A stretch of 64,000 nucleotides of DNA from Cyanidioschyzon merolae (GCA_000091205.1 AP006492.2); one strand, 5' to 3'. Shown: positions 11,641 through 22,104, numbered from the stretch's first letter. Program-made: numbers and translations. Notes: generated by a model from the sequence alone, not told the origin.

Positions 11641-12543
11641 CTAGCTTCGCTTTGCGAGGAGCGCGCTCCGAGACAGGCCGACGCGAAAACCCCCTGCTGC
11701 CATTCGTGATTGGACAACCGCCGCGGGGGTATTTTGAGCGTCCGTTGATTTGCTAGAAAGCGGTGCCATGGCTTTGGTGCCCAGTCGCTGGCCGATATGT
11801 CGTGTCGCTGTCGAGGGTTTCGCCGCCTCAGTGCCGGTGCGACTATTTGGCGCTGCCCGAGCCCGGCGAGTGGTGGTCGCCTGACGACTGCGCGCACCGC
11901 GTTTTGCTTTGGAGGTCTTCTCGAGCTCGCTTCCAAAGCTGGACGCATCCGACTCTGAAGAGAACGATTCACTGGATGAGTCCGTATAGACTGTATCCGT
12001 TTGATCGATCTCGTCGACTTGGTCTACTTCATCCACTTCGTCAAGCTCAGCTTCCTCTAACTCTGACTCGGACAGTTCCTTGTACGCCTTTCGACGATGC
12101 CCAGTGAGACGCGCCGAGGCCCGCCCGCGAGACTTGCGCGTCGACGGGGGCGACCTGGACTTGTTGTCAACGGACGTTCCGGCCTCCTTGCCCGATGAGG
12201 CGCGTCTCGTGGCGCGCTTCGGTCTTTCTACTGAAGATTGACCGGACGGGCGGCATGGAGAAGCACCAGGATTGCGTGCATCTTCGTCTGACGCGTCCTC
12301 GCTGAAAACCGTTGCAGTCGTGATACTATGGTAAGGCGGCGAAGGCGCTGGGGCCGCCTCCGCCTCCGCCTCCGCCTCCCCTGTTGGCTGTTCAACGGTG
12401 GTGCTCGGTGGACTCGATTCGAAATCAGAGTCTCCATCCTCGTTGTGACAAGAATCAGCCGCAGTGCTGCTAGAACGCATGAAAACTAAAGAAACGTATG
12501 AGCGGTAACTCGAGAATACCAGCGAAAGCTCACGAATACGCAA
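11641..12543 (-). CDS. Hypothetical acidic, Ser/Glu/Asp-rich protein (EAEAEA and DEVDEVDQVDEIDQ runs)
   Basis: The 300-aa ORF has an acidic, low-complexity composition that is not typical of wrong-frame GC-rich ORFs. I recognised no domain. Confidence 0.35.
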   Translation of the reverse strand: MRIRELSLVFSSYRSYVSLVFMRSSSTAADSCHNEDGDSDFESSPPSTTVEQPTGEAEAEAEAAPAPSPPYHSITTATVFSEDASDEDARNPGASPCRPSGQSSVERPKRATRRASSGKEAGTSVDNKSRSPPSTRKSRGRASARLTGHRRKAYKELSESELEEAELDEVDEVDQVDEIDQTDTVYTDSSSESFSSESDASSFGSELEKTSKAKRGARSRQATTTRRARAAPNSRTGTEAAKPSTATRHIGQRLGTKAMAPLSSKSTDAQNTPAAVVQSRMAAGGFRVGLSRSALLAKRS

Positions 12544-13679
12544 CCAAGAACAGTATCCGCTGCTCCGAGCGGCGCTGGAGGTACCTCCCGCGTACGCCGG
12601 GCCGCTGCTGGCTGGCGCGCGTCCCCGAACGCTACCGCAGCGGGGCGTGATGCTGCTGCCTTCGTGCTGGCCGCTGCTGCAGCGCGGACGCTTGATTGAT
12701 GGAAATCCCGCGGCCGCTGCGTCGACGCAGCGCGGGACTCGATTCGTTCAGCGCTCGCGCGCGCTCGAAGCGCGCGAAGCGCCGATCCCGCCATTCGCTG
12801 GTACGGGGGCGTGAAGGCCTCGAAAGGCGTTTTGGAATAATATGGAAGAAACGGACACTAATGTGCACGCTGCACGGCTCCAAACTGGGTACGCAACATA
12901 GATCCGCCTGCGGGTGTCATTCAACGGTCAAAAGGGACAGGCATTGGTACCCGAGCGTGCGTGCGGACGCTGCGCCTCGGCGTACGCGGGAGGTACTTCC
13001 AGCGCCTGCTCTCGCGTGCCTGTGTCAGATGCATGGAGCGCACTGGCCTGCTCGCTACGCTCCTGCCTTGCGGCTTGTTTCCGAACTCGTTTTCGTTGTA
13101 TATTCTGGACATTCGAAGTACATCCAAGAGAGTGTGTGAATTCATCGGAGGGTAGGTTCGCGAATATTGGTCGTGTTTTGGGGACCAGGTCCGCAGATGC
13201 TGTGCAACCGCAAATCCGTACGGCAGCGAAATAAAGATGATTCGATGCGGCCGCGAACGAGGCGCGGTACACTTTCGTATTTGATGAACCGATGCAAATG
13301 CCCGAGACTGCAAGCTCCAGCTTTCCTTGCGTAGAGGATGCTCGAAATACGCATTCTTCACGCGTTCGATTTTGCTGTTTGAAAGCAACTCGTGGGCGTT
13401 GCTATTTAGACTCCCGGATGGAGGAGCATGAGTAGTCGACGTTGGCGCACGACGACTTGTTCACAAGTTGATGCCGGATGCTCACTGAAGTTGTCATTTT
13501 CAATAATCGATTCCGTTGGAGAGAGAAATCCAACTTGATTTGAGGCCATCGATGAATCTGTATTCGACAGTAGCATGACATCTCTCATGGCATATGCCCC
13601 GAGAGGCTCCCGTCTCTTCTGTTTGCGACAAAAAGGGTATTGGAATCGGATGTGAGTTATCGTAGCGATCGCTTCCAGT

Positions 13680-14240
13680 GGAACGTGTGTTACTGCGTTG
13701 CCCGAATCGAGTGCAGACGGATCGAAGGTTCGCGAGGCCTTCTCAAGCGTCGATTTTGCTTCCGGCACTTGTTTCACCACGGATAGTATCGTGCTCCACA
13801 AATCCGTCACCGAATGGAACAGCATGGGCCCTTGCGCGTGCAGCAGACAAAGCCCTCGTCGACGGCATCGCCACGAAGAATCACCCGATCTGTGGGGCGT
13901 CGCCCCTGGTCCGGAAACGGAGGCGTGCATCGAGGCGAGCCTGCTGTGCCCGTCATGGATATGTACAGCGTGATAGGGAAAACGTTCATGTTTTACTGGG
14001 CGGTGCCCAAATGAAGAGATGTTTTGGACGCATGGGAGTCATCGACAGTGGTCAAGTGTCACTGCTGCGAAGCGTGCATCAAGGCTGTATACCTAAAAGA
14101 TGGAAATGGCTAGCGAAGCATAGATCGCTGCTCCCGCCTGTGCATGGAAATCGTAGACAGCAGCAGGTAGCCGCGACATATCGGGATGCGCACGCTACCG
14201 TCATCGTCCTCCGACTGCGAACACCGGAACTGGAGTGACG
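13680..14240 (+). mobile_element. Highly diverged relic of the TnpB/Fanzor-like repeat family (copy D)
   Basis: Its antisense ORF 13807-13989 (…SPRCTPPFPDQ…) and sense ORF 13406-13930 (…SVTDLWSTILSVVKQVPEAKS…) parallel the conserved core of copies at 24.5 kb and 30.1 kb. The sense frame GIATKNHPICGASP resembles GIVQEKPVIAGYCS of copy A. Confidence 0.25.
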
Positions 14241-14709
14241 GGATAGACCTGTGTATTTAAGGCAAATCATGAGGGCAAGGAAGAGGAGGCAGTCGCAGAA
14301 ACAGCCCATAAATTCGGTTTTGATATTCATCGTACATGAGCAAAGCTTCAGCATGAGTGCACCCGAGTTCGAGAACCTGCTCTATGTTTTCTGACATGGG
14401 CGCATGGAATTGCTCGCTGTCTGCATGGTTTACTGGATGCGGTGCCCTGCGTTGTCATCGGTTTTGGCAGACACGACTCTTGAACAAGCGTGCGGACTGG
14501 ACGCGCTCCTTCCGAGGCGTTCCTGAACAAGTGAGCTTCACAGCTTTCATGACTTGTGGCGTGTCGTCCTCTTGAGGCTTCGCTCGGGGTACTCGTCGAA
14601 CGCCTTTGCAGCGTGTCCTGCTGCGCGCGCCGGGGTTAGTGTCCGAGGACCAGCTCTCGCACGCGAACACCGAGCGTACGGCCGAACTCTTCTAAGAATC
14701 GTTTCAGCC

Positions 14710-15240
14710 ATGGATAACGAAACCTTTTCTGACTTGGACGATGACAGGCCGCTTGATGAAGTTTTGAAAAACTCGACTCGTACCGAGTCTGGGACTCCTC
14801 CAAGGAAACCGATTCGGAAGAGTAAGAAGAATCGTTCGGTACCCGCTTCCGCGAGTATCCCGCTGCGACCCGGGAGTCTCAAACAGGATCCCAGCTTGGC
14901 TGGCACGGAAGCTCTCGAGCAAGAACCAGCGAGTGTCTCGAAGAACGCTGAGAGCGGCGCAGGCGAAAACGGCGCTTCCGATAAAGCAGTTCGAGCGAGC
15001 AACTCGCCGGCAAAGAAGTATGCTCTTCCCGGACAGAGACGAGACCCGCCGCCAGAGAACGACCCTCTGCGCATTTTCTACACCACCATGAGGGAAGAGA
15101 AATTGCGAAAGTATGGCCGTTCATCTGTGCTTGCGGATGAATGGCTCATGGTACATGGCTTGCTGGATGAAGAGACGGCCCGCAGCGTTCTCGATGCACG
15201 ACGCAAGCGCCAGATGGAAGTTTTGCGTCAAACGCCATGA
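14710..15240 (+). CDS. Hypothetical protein with a Ser/Pro/Lys-rich middle and a conserved-looking C-terminal motif (DPLRIFYTTMREEKLRKYG...EWLMVHGLLDEE)
   Basis: Roughly 176 aa from MDNETFSDLDDD. The ORF is open from 14554. I cannot name the family from memory. Confidence 0.4.
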   Translation: MDNETFSDLDDDRPLDEVLKNSTRTESGTPPRKPIRKSKKNRSVPASASIPLRPGSLKQDPSLAGTEALEQEPASVSKNAESGAGENGASDKAVRASNSPAKKYALPGQRRDPPPENDPLRIFYTTMREEKLRKYGRSSVLADEWLMVHGLLDEETARSVLDARRKRQMEVLRQTP

Positions 15241-16148
15241 ATCCGTAATGGTATGGATGAAGTGGTTTCTCGCATTTTTCACGAGGTGCCAGAGCTGACG
15301 CCAGTCGACGTTAACCAACATGAATAGGCACCAGTGGTTACCCAGCAGCACCATCACGTACTAGTCGGCGCTAACCGACATGGATATGCACAAGTCGCTG
15401 CCAAGGAGCATCAGGAATCGAATGCATCCCGACTGCGAGTATGCAGACCCGCCGAATAAAGCCTCATTTGAAATCCTCCTCTGCAAAGCAGATCCAATTG
15501 CATGCCACTCGGTACTTAGATCAAAGCGGTGGATCTTCAAGGCACGCAGTCAAGAACGCAGGATCATGAATCCCGCTGTCTGCTTTCATGAGCGATCGTA
15601 TCGAAAGCCTCGGCTCTGTTGAGAGATGCGGCACATTCTGGGATCGGCGTGACGCTGGGTATCGCATCTCGAAAGGACGCTTTCACTGCGTTTTACAATG
15701 ATACCTCACGCTGACGCCGCTCGCCTTGGCTGTGCTTGTACACCGTGCGTCCTGGTGCCGAGCCAGCCTCCGTACCCACCGCACAGTAAAGTACCAGTTC
15801 ACGATGCACGTAACCTCTGTGACGAGCGGATGTTGACGGAGCGCGGTCGTTTTCCTGACCGCCTCGCACTTTCAATCGAAGTAAAATATTTATGTGACCG
15901 GGGAGAAAACCTATCTCATATATTGAGAGCGCTGTGCGCAGCAGGCGACACGGTGCCAGCGATGCCGCGTCGCTGATTCAGATGCGGCTACGGACTCGCG
16001 CATGGCTGGTAAGAGCTCGCCCCAGACACAGGGACCGGTGCTCGCACGTATGGTATCGAACGGGCATCTGGGGTCTCGTTCGCCGCTGCAGTTGTCACTC
16101 GCAGCGTCCGCGCTCGTAAGCTCCTTTGGTGTTATGACGGAATGGGAT

Positions 16149-17624
16149 TTAGTGCTTCCCAGATTTCTGAGCGCCGGTAAACCTCGCCCAGAGCGCCCAC
16201 TGCTGACTACCCCAAAACGTATTTCCCCAGCGCAGCAGGTAGGTGGCTACGCCCTCAACAAAACGAGGCGAATTTCCGAGGATTTTCGGGAAGATGTGGA
16301 TTTCGATTCCATTCACTAACTGGTAACGAGTACTCGAACTCAGTCCCAAGAACAAACCGTACATGATAGAGGTAAAGAGGACGTTACTCTTGGGGTTCTG
16401 CGGAACAAACTCGGGATCCAGCATTTGACGTACCGACAGGAGTACGTTGGTGACGGAAACCCCGATCGCCGCGCAAGCAGTACCCGTAACGAACAACTGC
16501 GTGGCTTTGAACAGATAGCATGCAATGCGCTGCTGCAATGTATATGGACGATCTACTTGGAAGATATTCGAAGGCATTCCGTTTGTATAATTGGAGACGA
16601 TGCGACCAACTGACCCAAAAGGACTTGAAGTTGCCATGGCGGGATTCAGTTTCACCGAAGGTGCCGGGAAGTAGACAAGCGCAAAGTCTGCCAGCAGTGC
16701 CATGAGCACGTTCGCAAAGACAAAGTCGAGTTCATCGAAGAAGCGATCCCGACGTACCTCGTACTCGGCACTTAGTTTCCCGCAAAGGCCTAGACCTTCT
16801 TCTATCAAAATTTTGGTGAGGAAGAGGTTATCTGCGAGGAATCGCTCACGCATCCCGCGCGATGTTCGGTTCATCAGGAAACGCGACACCGGATTGGATG
16901 CGGCGTAGATGTAGTTCTTAATCACAGCAGCCGAGATGATGCCCTTCTGGAACGCTTCACGGACATCATTTGGGATGTCGTTCCAGGTAAAGGAACGCGA
17001 CTCCATGAACCGAGTCAAGTCACCTGCAGCGCTCAGCGGACGCGATGGTTCGAAGCTGCCCTCGTCGCCGCCGCCGCCGCCGCCACCACCACCACCACCA
17101 CCGCCACCGCCACCGCCACCGCTCTTGCCTCCGGTGCCGCCAAAGTCGCTCCCCTCGTAACGAGGCTCGCTGGGTGTTCCGGGTGCTCCAGCGCGCGCCT
17201 CATAGCCGGTTTCGTCCTCTAGTGACTGGCCCCCGTTTACTGGCACGGTATTCAAGTCCGTAATTCGTGCGTGTGCAGTGCCTCCAGCATCGACTGATAA
17301 TACTAAACTTCGTAGCGGGCGCCGCGCTGGCACTCCCACGGACCTGTGTGCACGGACGGGCACTCTTGGTGGCGATCGCAATGACGTCGCGCCCCGGCGG
17401 AGCGCTCGCCGGCAACCCGTCCAGACATTCGTGCAACCCCACGAAGAAGATACCACAAAAGCCATGATGCCGCGGGTGCAAGGTTGAATTATTCGAGTTT
17501 CGTCCAGCGGGCTGCCGACTTCGTCGCCGGTCCTCTCGAACAGCACTAAAAATGACGTTCGATGATGGGCGCGGAGCGTATCGGCCGATCGCCGGCCGCG
17601 GCGAACGCCGTCCAACTGGTACAC
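16149..17624 (-). CDS. DUF3411 / RETICULATA-related family protein (plastid envelope-type), carrying an 18-residue poly-Gly tract
   Basis: The C-terminal ~300 aa (MRERFLADNLFLTKILIEEGLGLCGKLSAEYEVRRDRFFDELDFVFANVLMALLADFALVYFPAP...LFLGLSSSTRYQLVNGIE...) resemble the RER/DUF3411 membrane domain. An internal Met at 17465 (MAFVVSSSWG...) is an alternative, transit-peptide-like start. Confidence 0.55.
   Translation of the reverse strand: MYQLDGVRRGRRSADTLRAHHRTSFLVLFERTGDEVGSPLDETRIIQPCTRGIMAFVVSSSWGCTNVWTGCRRALRRGATSLRSPPRVPVRAHRSVGVPARRPLRSLVLSVDAGGTAHARITDLNTVPVNGGQSLEDETGYEARAGAPGTPSEPRYEGSDFGGTGGKSGGGGGGGGGGGGGGGGGGDEGSFEPSRPLSAAGDLTRFMESRSFTWNDIPNDVREAFQKGIISAAVIKNYIYAASNPVSRFLMNRTSRGMRERFLADNLFLTKILIEEGLGLCGKLSAEYEVRRDRFFDELDFVFANVLMALLADFALVYFPAPSVKLNPAMATSSPFGSVGRIVSNYTNGMPSNIFQVDRPYTLQQRIACYLFKATQLFVTGTACAAIGVSVTNVLLSVRQMLDPEFVPQNPKSNVLFTSIMYGLFLGLSSSTRYQLVNGIEIHIFPKILGNSPRFVEGVATYLLRWGNTFWGSQQWALWARFTGAQKSGKH
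17055..17140. repeat. (GGC/GCC)n trinucleotide repeat encoding poly-Gly inside the DUF3411 gene
   Basis: gccgccgccgccgccaccaccaccaccaccaccgccaccgccaccgccaccg on the + strand, which translates on the - strand as GGGGGGGGGGGGGGGGGG. Confidence 0.7.
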
Positions 17625-19535
17625 CGCGCTGCATACGTGGCGTAATGCCGGCGGCGAGCGGCGCGTTGTAGGCAGGATTGTTTTTCCCTGACAAACCGAT
17701 TACTTAGGCCAGCGTTTTCCGATTGGACGCCTCCTCTGTCTTTTTCTTCAGCTCACGGTGAAGCATCCGTCAAACCCATCGCTTCCGAGTTCCATCACCC
17801 ATATTTCTTCTCGGACATACCGGTCGTTTCTCATGTTCTATCGTGTGTGCCTAGTACCTGCGGTTCTGTATCCGCCTTTGGACCTTAATAGCTGGGGCAG
17901 ATAGCTCATAGAGACACAAAGGCTTTTCTATACCACAAAGGACGTCGGTTCGAGGCGTGCTTCATCCGACCTAGAATCGGGTCTCGTCGTCAGTTTGTGC
18001 CTGGACAGTCTGCAGATGCAGGTTTGCCTTTACTGTACGACACGTTAGAGACACATTTGGCTGTTAGGATATATCCTGGGAGCCGGCCCGTTCCCTCGTG
18101 ATCTTTCATGAAATGCATTGTCGTTTCGCGACACGGGCTCGTGTTTGGCATGTGCGAGTGGGTAGGCCCAGAAAGCGCACCGGGCCGGTGTGCGCATCCG
18201 ATTCAATGGACAGCGCGCACCAGTGCGATGAGGGCGCGCGACCGTCTGGCGAGGCGTGCAGATCCCGCTTCCGACACCCGGTATCGCATTGAAACTGCGA
18301 GCACTGCGCTGTCGATACTTGATGGAGGCACTTTATTCGGTACGAGCTCACACAAGGGTGTGCGTTTCACATTCGATTGGCGGGGTGCGCTTCATTGGCG
18401 AGTCGAATGCAGCCCGAGCGCGGTGAAAATGGTCTCACTGCTCGGGGGACGTTCTATGAGCAGAAACGCGATGCTTCGAATAGCAGCTGCCGGACTGGTG
18501 TTCTGCTGGTGAATTGCGCCAGCAATTTGGGAACCTCGAGATCAGTACAACAGCAGGTGTGATGCTGAGCAGGTGCGCCTCACTTGCCTCTGCGATATCT
18601 ACGGACGAAGGATGCATGGTTTCATGATCGGCATGCCGCCGAGCTGGCATCGTTCGGTCGGTTCGAGGCAACATGCTAGGCGTTCTGGCGCCCCGCATCG
18701 AATCCTGCTGTGCAATGCCGGCCTGCTTTCTTTGAGCTGCATGTTTAACTTCCGTCTCAGAAGCGAAGATTGCGCCGATTACGCGAGATCGATATGCAAT
18801 GAGAGTACCTGGAAACGCGTCCCGTGCGAAACGCTGTCGAGCATGGCAGCGGCTTCCATGTACCAGATCAGCGCTTTCCGGTCCATGAACATAGAGGGAA
18901 CCTTTTTTTCCTGGTATGCCGAACTCGCCAGTGCGGGCGTTCGGCCGGCGCCCTGCTGTTCGTTCGTTTACCGTATCCGCGAGCGCCAAGCCTCGCTTGC
19001 ACCGATGCCTCGGACCGGAGTGTTCTGTGCATGCTGCCAAATTGTAGAAACGCCGAATTCATCTTTGAAACAACGGCCTCTGTCCTTTGCGGTTCGAGTA
19101 TGTCTGCAGAGGCATGTATCTGCCTAGGATACATGTGCTCTTCCTCGCGAGCGCGCTACCAACCACCCGCCCCGAAAAACATCGACTCAAGACACCTGCG
19201 CGTGATTGTTTGCTGCGGCATTTTGCTTCCACGGCAGAGCAGGTCATCCGTTGCATAAAGATATTCGCGGGTCATTTATGCATGACTAGAGCGCGGCAAC
19301 CTTTGACTCGGTCATTACCAGACAGCACAGACGCAGGCCGTTCAGATGTGTGCAGCCGCTCAGCGCTCCCAAATCGATTACCCTAAACGGATTCTACCAA
19401 CTGCTCGAGTACTCCCAGGTATCGACGTACAACCTGCTGTTCCTGTGCAAACCTATGGGTACGCCAACAGCTCGAGAAAGGTCTCCCCATGGGGTGTCAA
19501 GGCCGGAACGAATGCGCCACGCGAGGCATTGCTTT

Positions 19536-19570
<35 letters not shown>

Positions 19571-19571
19571 C
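19536..19571. repeat. (GCAC)n microsatellite
   Basis: gcacgcacgcacgcacgcacgcacgcacgcac, read directly from the sequence. Confidence 0.8.
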
Positions 19572-19877
19572 CGGCACGCAAGGATGCGCGGACAGCGCGC
19601 CGCCATTGCCGCCGGATCGCCCGCGCCTTCGCGCAGCGCGCCGCCGGCCCGCGCGATGGCAGCCACCGCAGCGGCCGCTTGTAGTCGGACGCAGCTCTAG
19701 CTACACGCGCTACCACTGTGCCATCGGACGAGCGACTTGTCTTGTGCGCGCCTGTGTAGAGTACACGCGCTGTTTAGGAGTCTAAAGGTACGTTTGTGTC
19801 ACCTTGCAAGGGTCCCAGTAGACTTGGTCTTTGAGGAAGAAAAGCGCAGTTGACGCTGACTCAAAACCAGGACTCTG

Positions 19878-20966
19878 ATGTCAGCGTTTGCTGTGCCTGC
19901 GGCGCACCCTGCGAGGAGGCAGCGCCCGGCGCTAGGACTTGATCGGCCGCTCGTTCCGCGATGGAGTTCGAAACGGCAGGTGCTTTTTCATCGGGGTCGG
20001 CCACTCGTGACCTTTCGGAAACATTTACTAAGTGCGACAGAGAGAGTGTGTCTTAGTGAACAGAGGACGCCTGGCGTTGTCGGGCAACCGGCGCCCGAGA
20101 CTTCCTGGATGCAACGTGCCGCACGGGCGCTCTTGCTAGGTCTGGCGACGGTTAACATATGGACGCCACTTCTGCGTGGATTCAGCCTCGGTGCCGGGCT
20201 GCAGGTACTGCTGGGAGCGCCAGCAGTGAGCGCGGCGAAAACACCGCATGCACGCTACTCGCGCAAAACGCTGAGCGAGAAACTCGCGCAGGTGCCAGTC
20301 TTCGCGGTGACGAATGAGTCTGGGCAACCCTTTTTAGCTGCAATGGAACGTGGACTGCAAGTGGGACTTATTTTCTTCGACCCAGATGATGCGATAAAAA
20401 TGCTCGAGGACCTGAAACGGAGCTCCGGCAAAGAGGCAGAGGATGCACGTATTTTCATTATGGGTCTGGATCGTGCCTTCGAAATGGTGAAGAGCAAACC
20501 GCAGCCGAGCGGGCTTCGCGGACCCCGTGGCGATGAGCTGAAAATGGTCTTCCGTTTCTACCCCAATCAACAACAGCTCGAGTATGCGCGAACTGTGGCG
20601 AAGAAGACAAAACAACCCACTGTACGGGGCGTGCCGTGCTTCGTGGCAAAAGGTCTAACGCTCCGGAAAGGGAAAGAATTCGTGATTCCCATTTTTCTGG
20701 ACAAAAGGGATCTCGATGAGGCATGGAATCGACTGCGTCAGGAGCTTGCAGAGCTTCCCAAGCAGCCAGAGATAGAGGTAGGCGACCTCATCGAGGTGAT
20801 CCTGCGCTTAGAGGAGGCTGCGAAGAATCCTAAGAGTCTGAATGAGACGGAATTACAGGATCTGCGACGAGTGGCGTTCTTTCCCTCGTCAAAAAGTGTC
20901 GAATTCATGAAGAGGGAGTCCGCGAAGCAATTCAAGGGCACTGCTCGAATGCATTCGAGGCCATAA
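19878..20966 (+). CDS. TIC22: Tic22-like protein (plastid protein-import intermembrane-space component)
   Basis: The 362-aa ORF has an N-terminal presequence-like region. The Tic22 signature reads LAQVPVFAVTNESGQPFL...GLIFFDPDDAIKMLEDLK...IFIMGLDRAFEMV...GVPCFVAKGLTLRKGKEFVIPIFLDKRDLDEAWNRL. Confidence 0.7.
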   Translation: MSAFAVPAAHPARRQRPALGLDRPLVPRWSSKRQVLFHRGRPLVTFRKHLLSATERVCLSEQRTPGVVGQPAPETSWMQRAARALLLGLATVNIWTPLLRGFSLGAGLQVLLGAPAVSAAKTPHARYSRKTLSEKLAQVPVFAVTNESGQPFLAAMERGLQVGLIFFDPDDAIKMLEDLKRSSGKEAEDARIFIMGLDRAFEMVKSKPQPSGLRGPRGDELKMVFRFYPNQQQLEYARTVAKKTKQPTVRGVPCFVAKGLTLRKGKEFVIPIFLDKRDLDEAWNRLRQELAELPKQPEIEVGDLIEVILRLEEAAKNPKSLNETELQDLRRVAFFPSSKSVEFMKRESAKQFKGTARMHSRP

Positions 20967-21650
20967 ACTTCGGTTCTATATCAAGCATCTGTTTAGGGTT
21001 CCTGGTGTTCGGACGAACTGCCGATGTACGGCGTTTCGTTTCAGGCACGTACGCTAGGCATCCGAGCACGGATACCGGATGCCGTCGGGACGATCGCTGA
21101 CGCCGTGGTCGTGCGGGGCTGGCCGAGTCGCAGACGCTCCGAGCCGCCGTCTCGAATATCGCATGGCGGATGCGTCGCTTGCGATCGCAGCTGCGGCTTG
21201 CGTCCCTGCGCATCTGCACCACCGTGGAGCGTTCAGCAACATGGACGCCACATGATGCGCTTCCGGCGTCGAGAGTGCGAGCTGCACTCATGCCGAGCCC
21301 CAGAATTCCACTCAGTTCCCTATGGGGACTTTGGTGCGCACGAGCGAGCACCCTGCGAGTACCATTTCCAGCGGGCGCGCATGTTCGCAGCGGGTGCGGT
21401 GCTGCCGTCTTGGCCCCCAACCCGTGCAGCGCTGCGCTGTATGGGGCGTGGTAGGCACGCACAGCAGGCTCGGTGCTCGGAGGATCGCTTGAACGAACCG
21501 TTATCCCCAAATGGGCAAGTCGAGGTCATGGCTGGTTGTACCTGGAGTCATGGGGCGACATCACGGATTCATTCCTCGATACTGGTAAAAATCGCGCACC
21601 CGGTGATCCCTGGTCAGGTTCGAAATGATGGCGCCCCATGTGAAAAAACA

Positions 21651-21679
21651 GGCACGGCACGGCACGGCACGGCACGGCA
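21651..21679. repeat. (GGCAC)n pentanucleotide microsatellite
   Basis: ggcacggcacggcacggcacggcacggca, lying about 120 bp upstream of the permuted tRNA gene. Confidence 0.8.
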
Positions 21680-21801
21680 AAGGCGCCAGCAACGCTGGCC
21701 GCGCATCAGGCTGGCGAATCGCCATCGCATTGCACGGATCGGCGCCGCTTCACCAACCACTTTATATATTGCTCATCGCGATACCATTACATCTGAGCAT
21801 C

Positions 21802-21894
21802 GTCATATGCGTAAGCATGCGCAGGTTCGAATCCTGCCGTCTGCATCTCCTATCGCAGACGTGGCCGAGCGGTCCAAGGCGTGACGTTCAGGTG
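21802..21894 (+). tRNA. Circularly permuted tRNA-Leu(CAG) gene: 3-prime half (21802-21846) encoded upstream of the 5-prime half (21856-21894), with a 9-nt linker
   Basis: The upstream 3-prime half carries the anticodon-stem strand CGTCA (21802-06), a 15-nt variable arm TATGCGTAAGCATGC, T-stem GCAGG, T-loop TTCGAAT, stem CCTGC (B-box GGTTCGAATCC), acceptor 3-prime strand CGTCTGC and discriminator A (21846). After the linker TCTCCTATC, the 5-prime half carries acceptor 5-prime strand GCAGACG, which is perfectly complementary to CGTCTGC. It continues with TG and the class-II D-arm GCC-GAGCGGTCCAA-GGC (A-box TGGCCGAGCGG), then G, anticodon stem TGACG (complementary to CGTCA) and loop TTCAGGT (anticodon CAG). 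GAGC follows, then a T7 run at 21899-21905 that looks like a Pol III terminator. The D-arm and anticodon loop match canonical eukaryotic tRNA-Leu(CAG). A TATA-like tttatatat lies at 21763-21771. Confidence 0.75.
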
Positions 21895-22104
21895 AGCTTT
21901 TTTTCTCGTCAGTTGTTCAATGCACCGGTTCATAGTTAATGAATTGCGCTTGTGAGTTACTCGCGCTTTCTACGGTTTTTATTATCGGTTTTGCGGCGTA
22001 GAATCTCATCAAGCGACACAAAACTCCAAGCAGAGGCGTCGTACCGAGGATAGCGACGACGCGACTCCTGGTGCGGGTTCAGGGGCGAACCTGCTGCGCG
22101 CGCC

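Noticed and set aside
10620-11972. 450-aa minus-strand ORF immediately upstream of the AP-1 mu gene
   Set aside because: The composition is extremely Arg/Ser/Pro-rich, typical of a wrong-frame read through GC-rich DNA, and there is no recognisable motif. It ends exactly where the mu-adaptin ORF opens, so it is probably promoter/UTR sequence. Its length means a genuine low-complexity protein cannot be fully excluded.
17880-17965. tRNA-like fragments (GGGGCAGATAGCTCA ... GGTTCGAGG)
   Set aside because: The T-stem does not pair and there is no complementary acceptor strand in either linear or permuted order. It is probably a coincidental match or a dead fragment.
21024-21884. 286-aa plus-strand ORF overlapping the permuted tRNA locus
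   Set aside because: The translation is Arg/Cys/His-rich nonsense and runs through the tRNA gene. The tRNA model explains the conserved nucleotides far better.
21856-21940. Reading 21856 onward as a conventional intron-containing tRNA-Leu
   Set aside because: No acceptor 3-prime strand (CGTCTGC) or T-arm exists downstream of the T7 run. Those elements are found upstream instead, which supports the permuted model.
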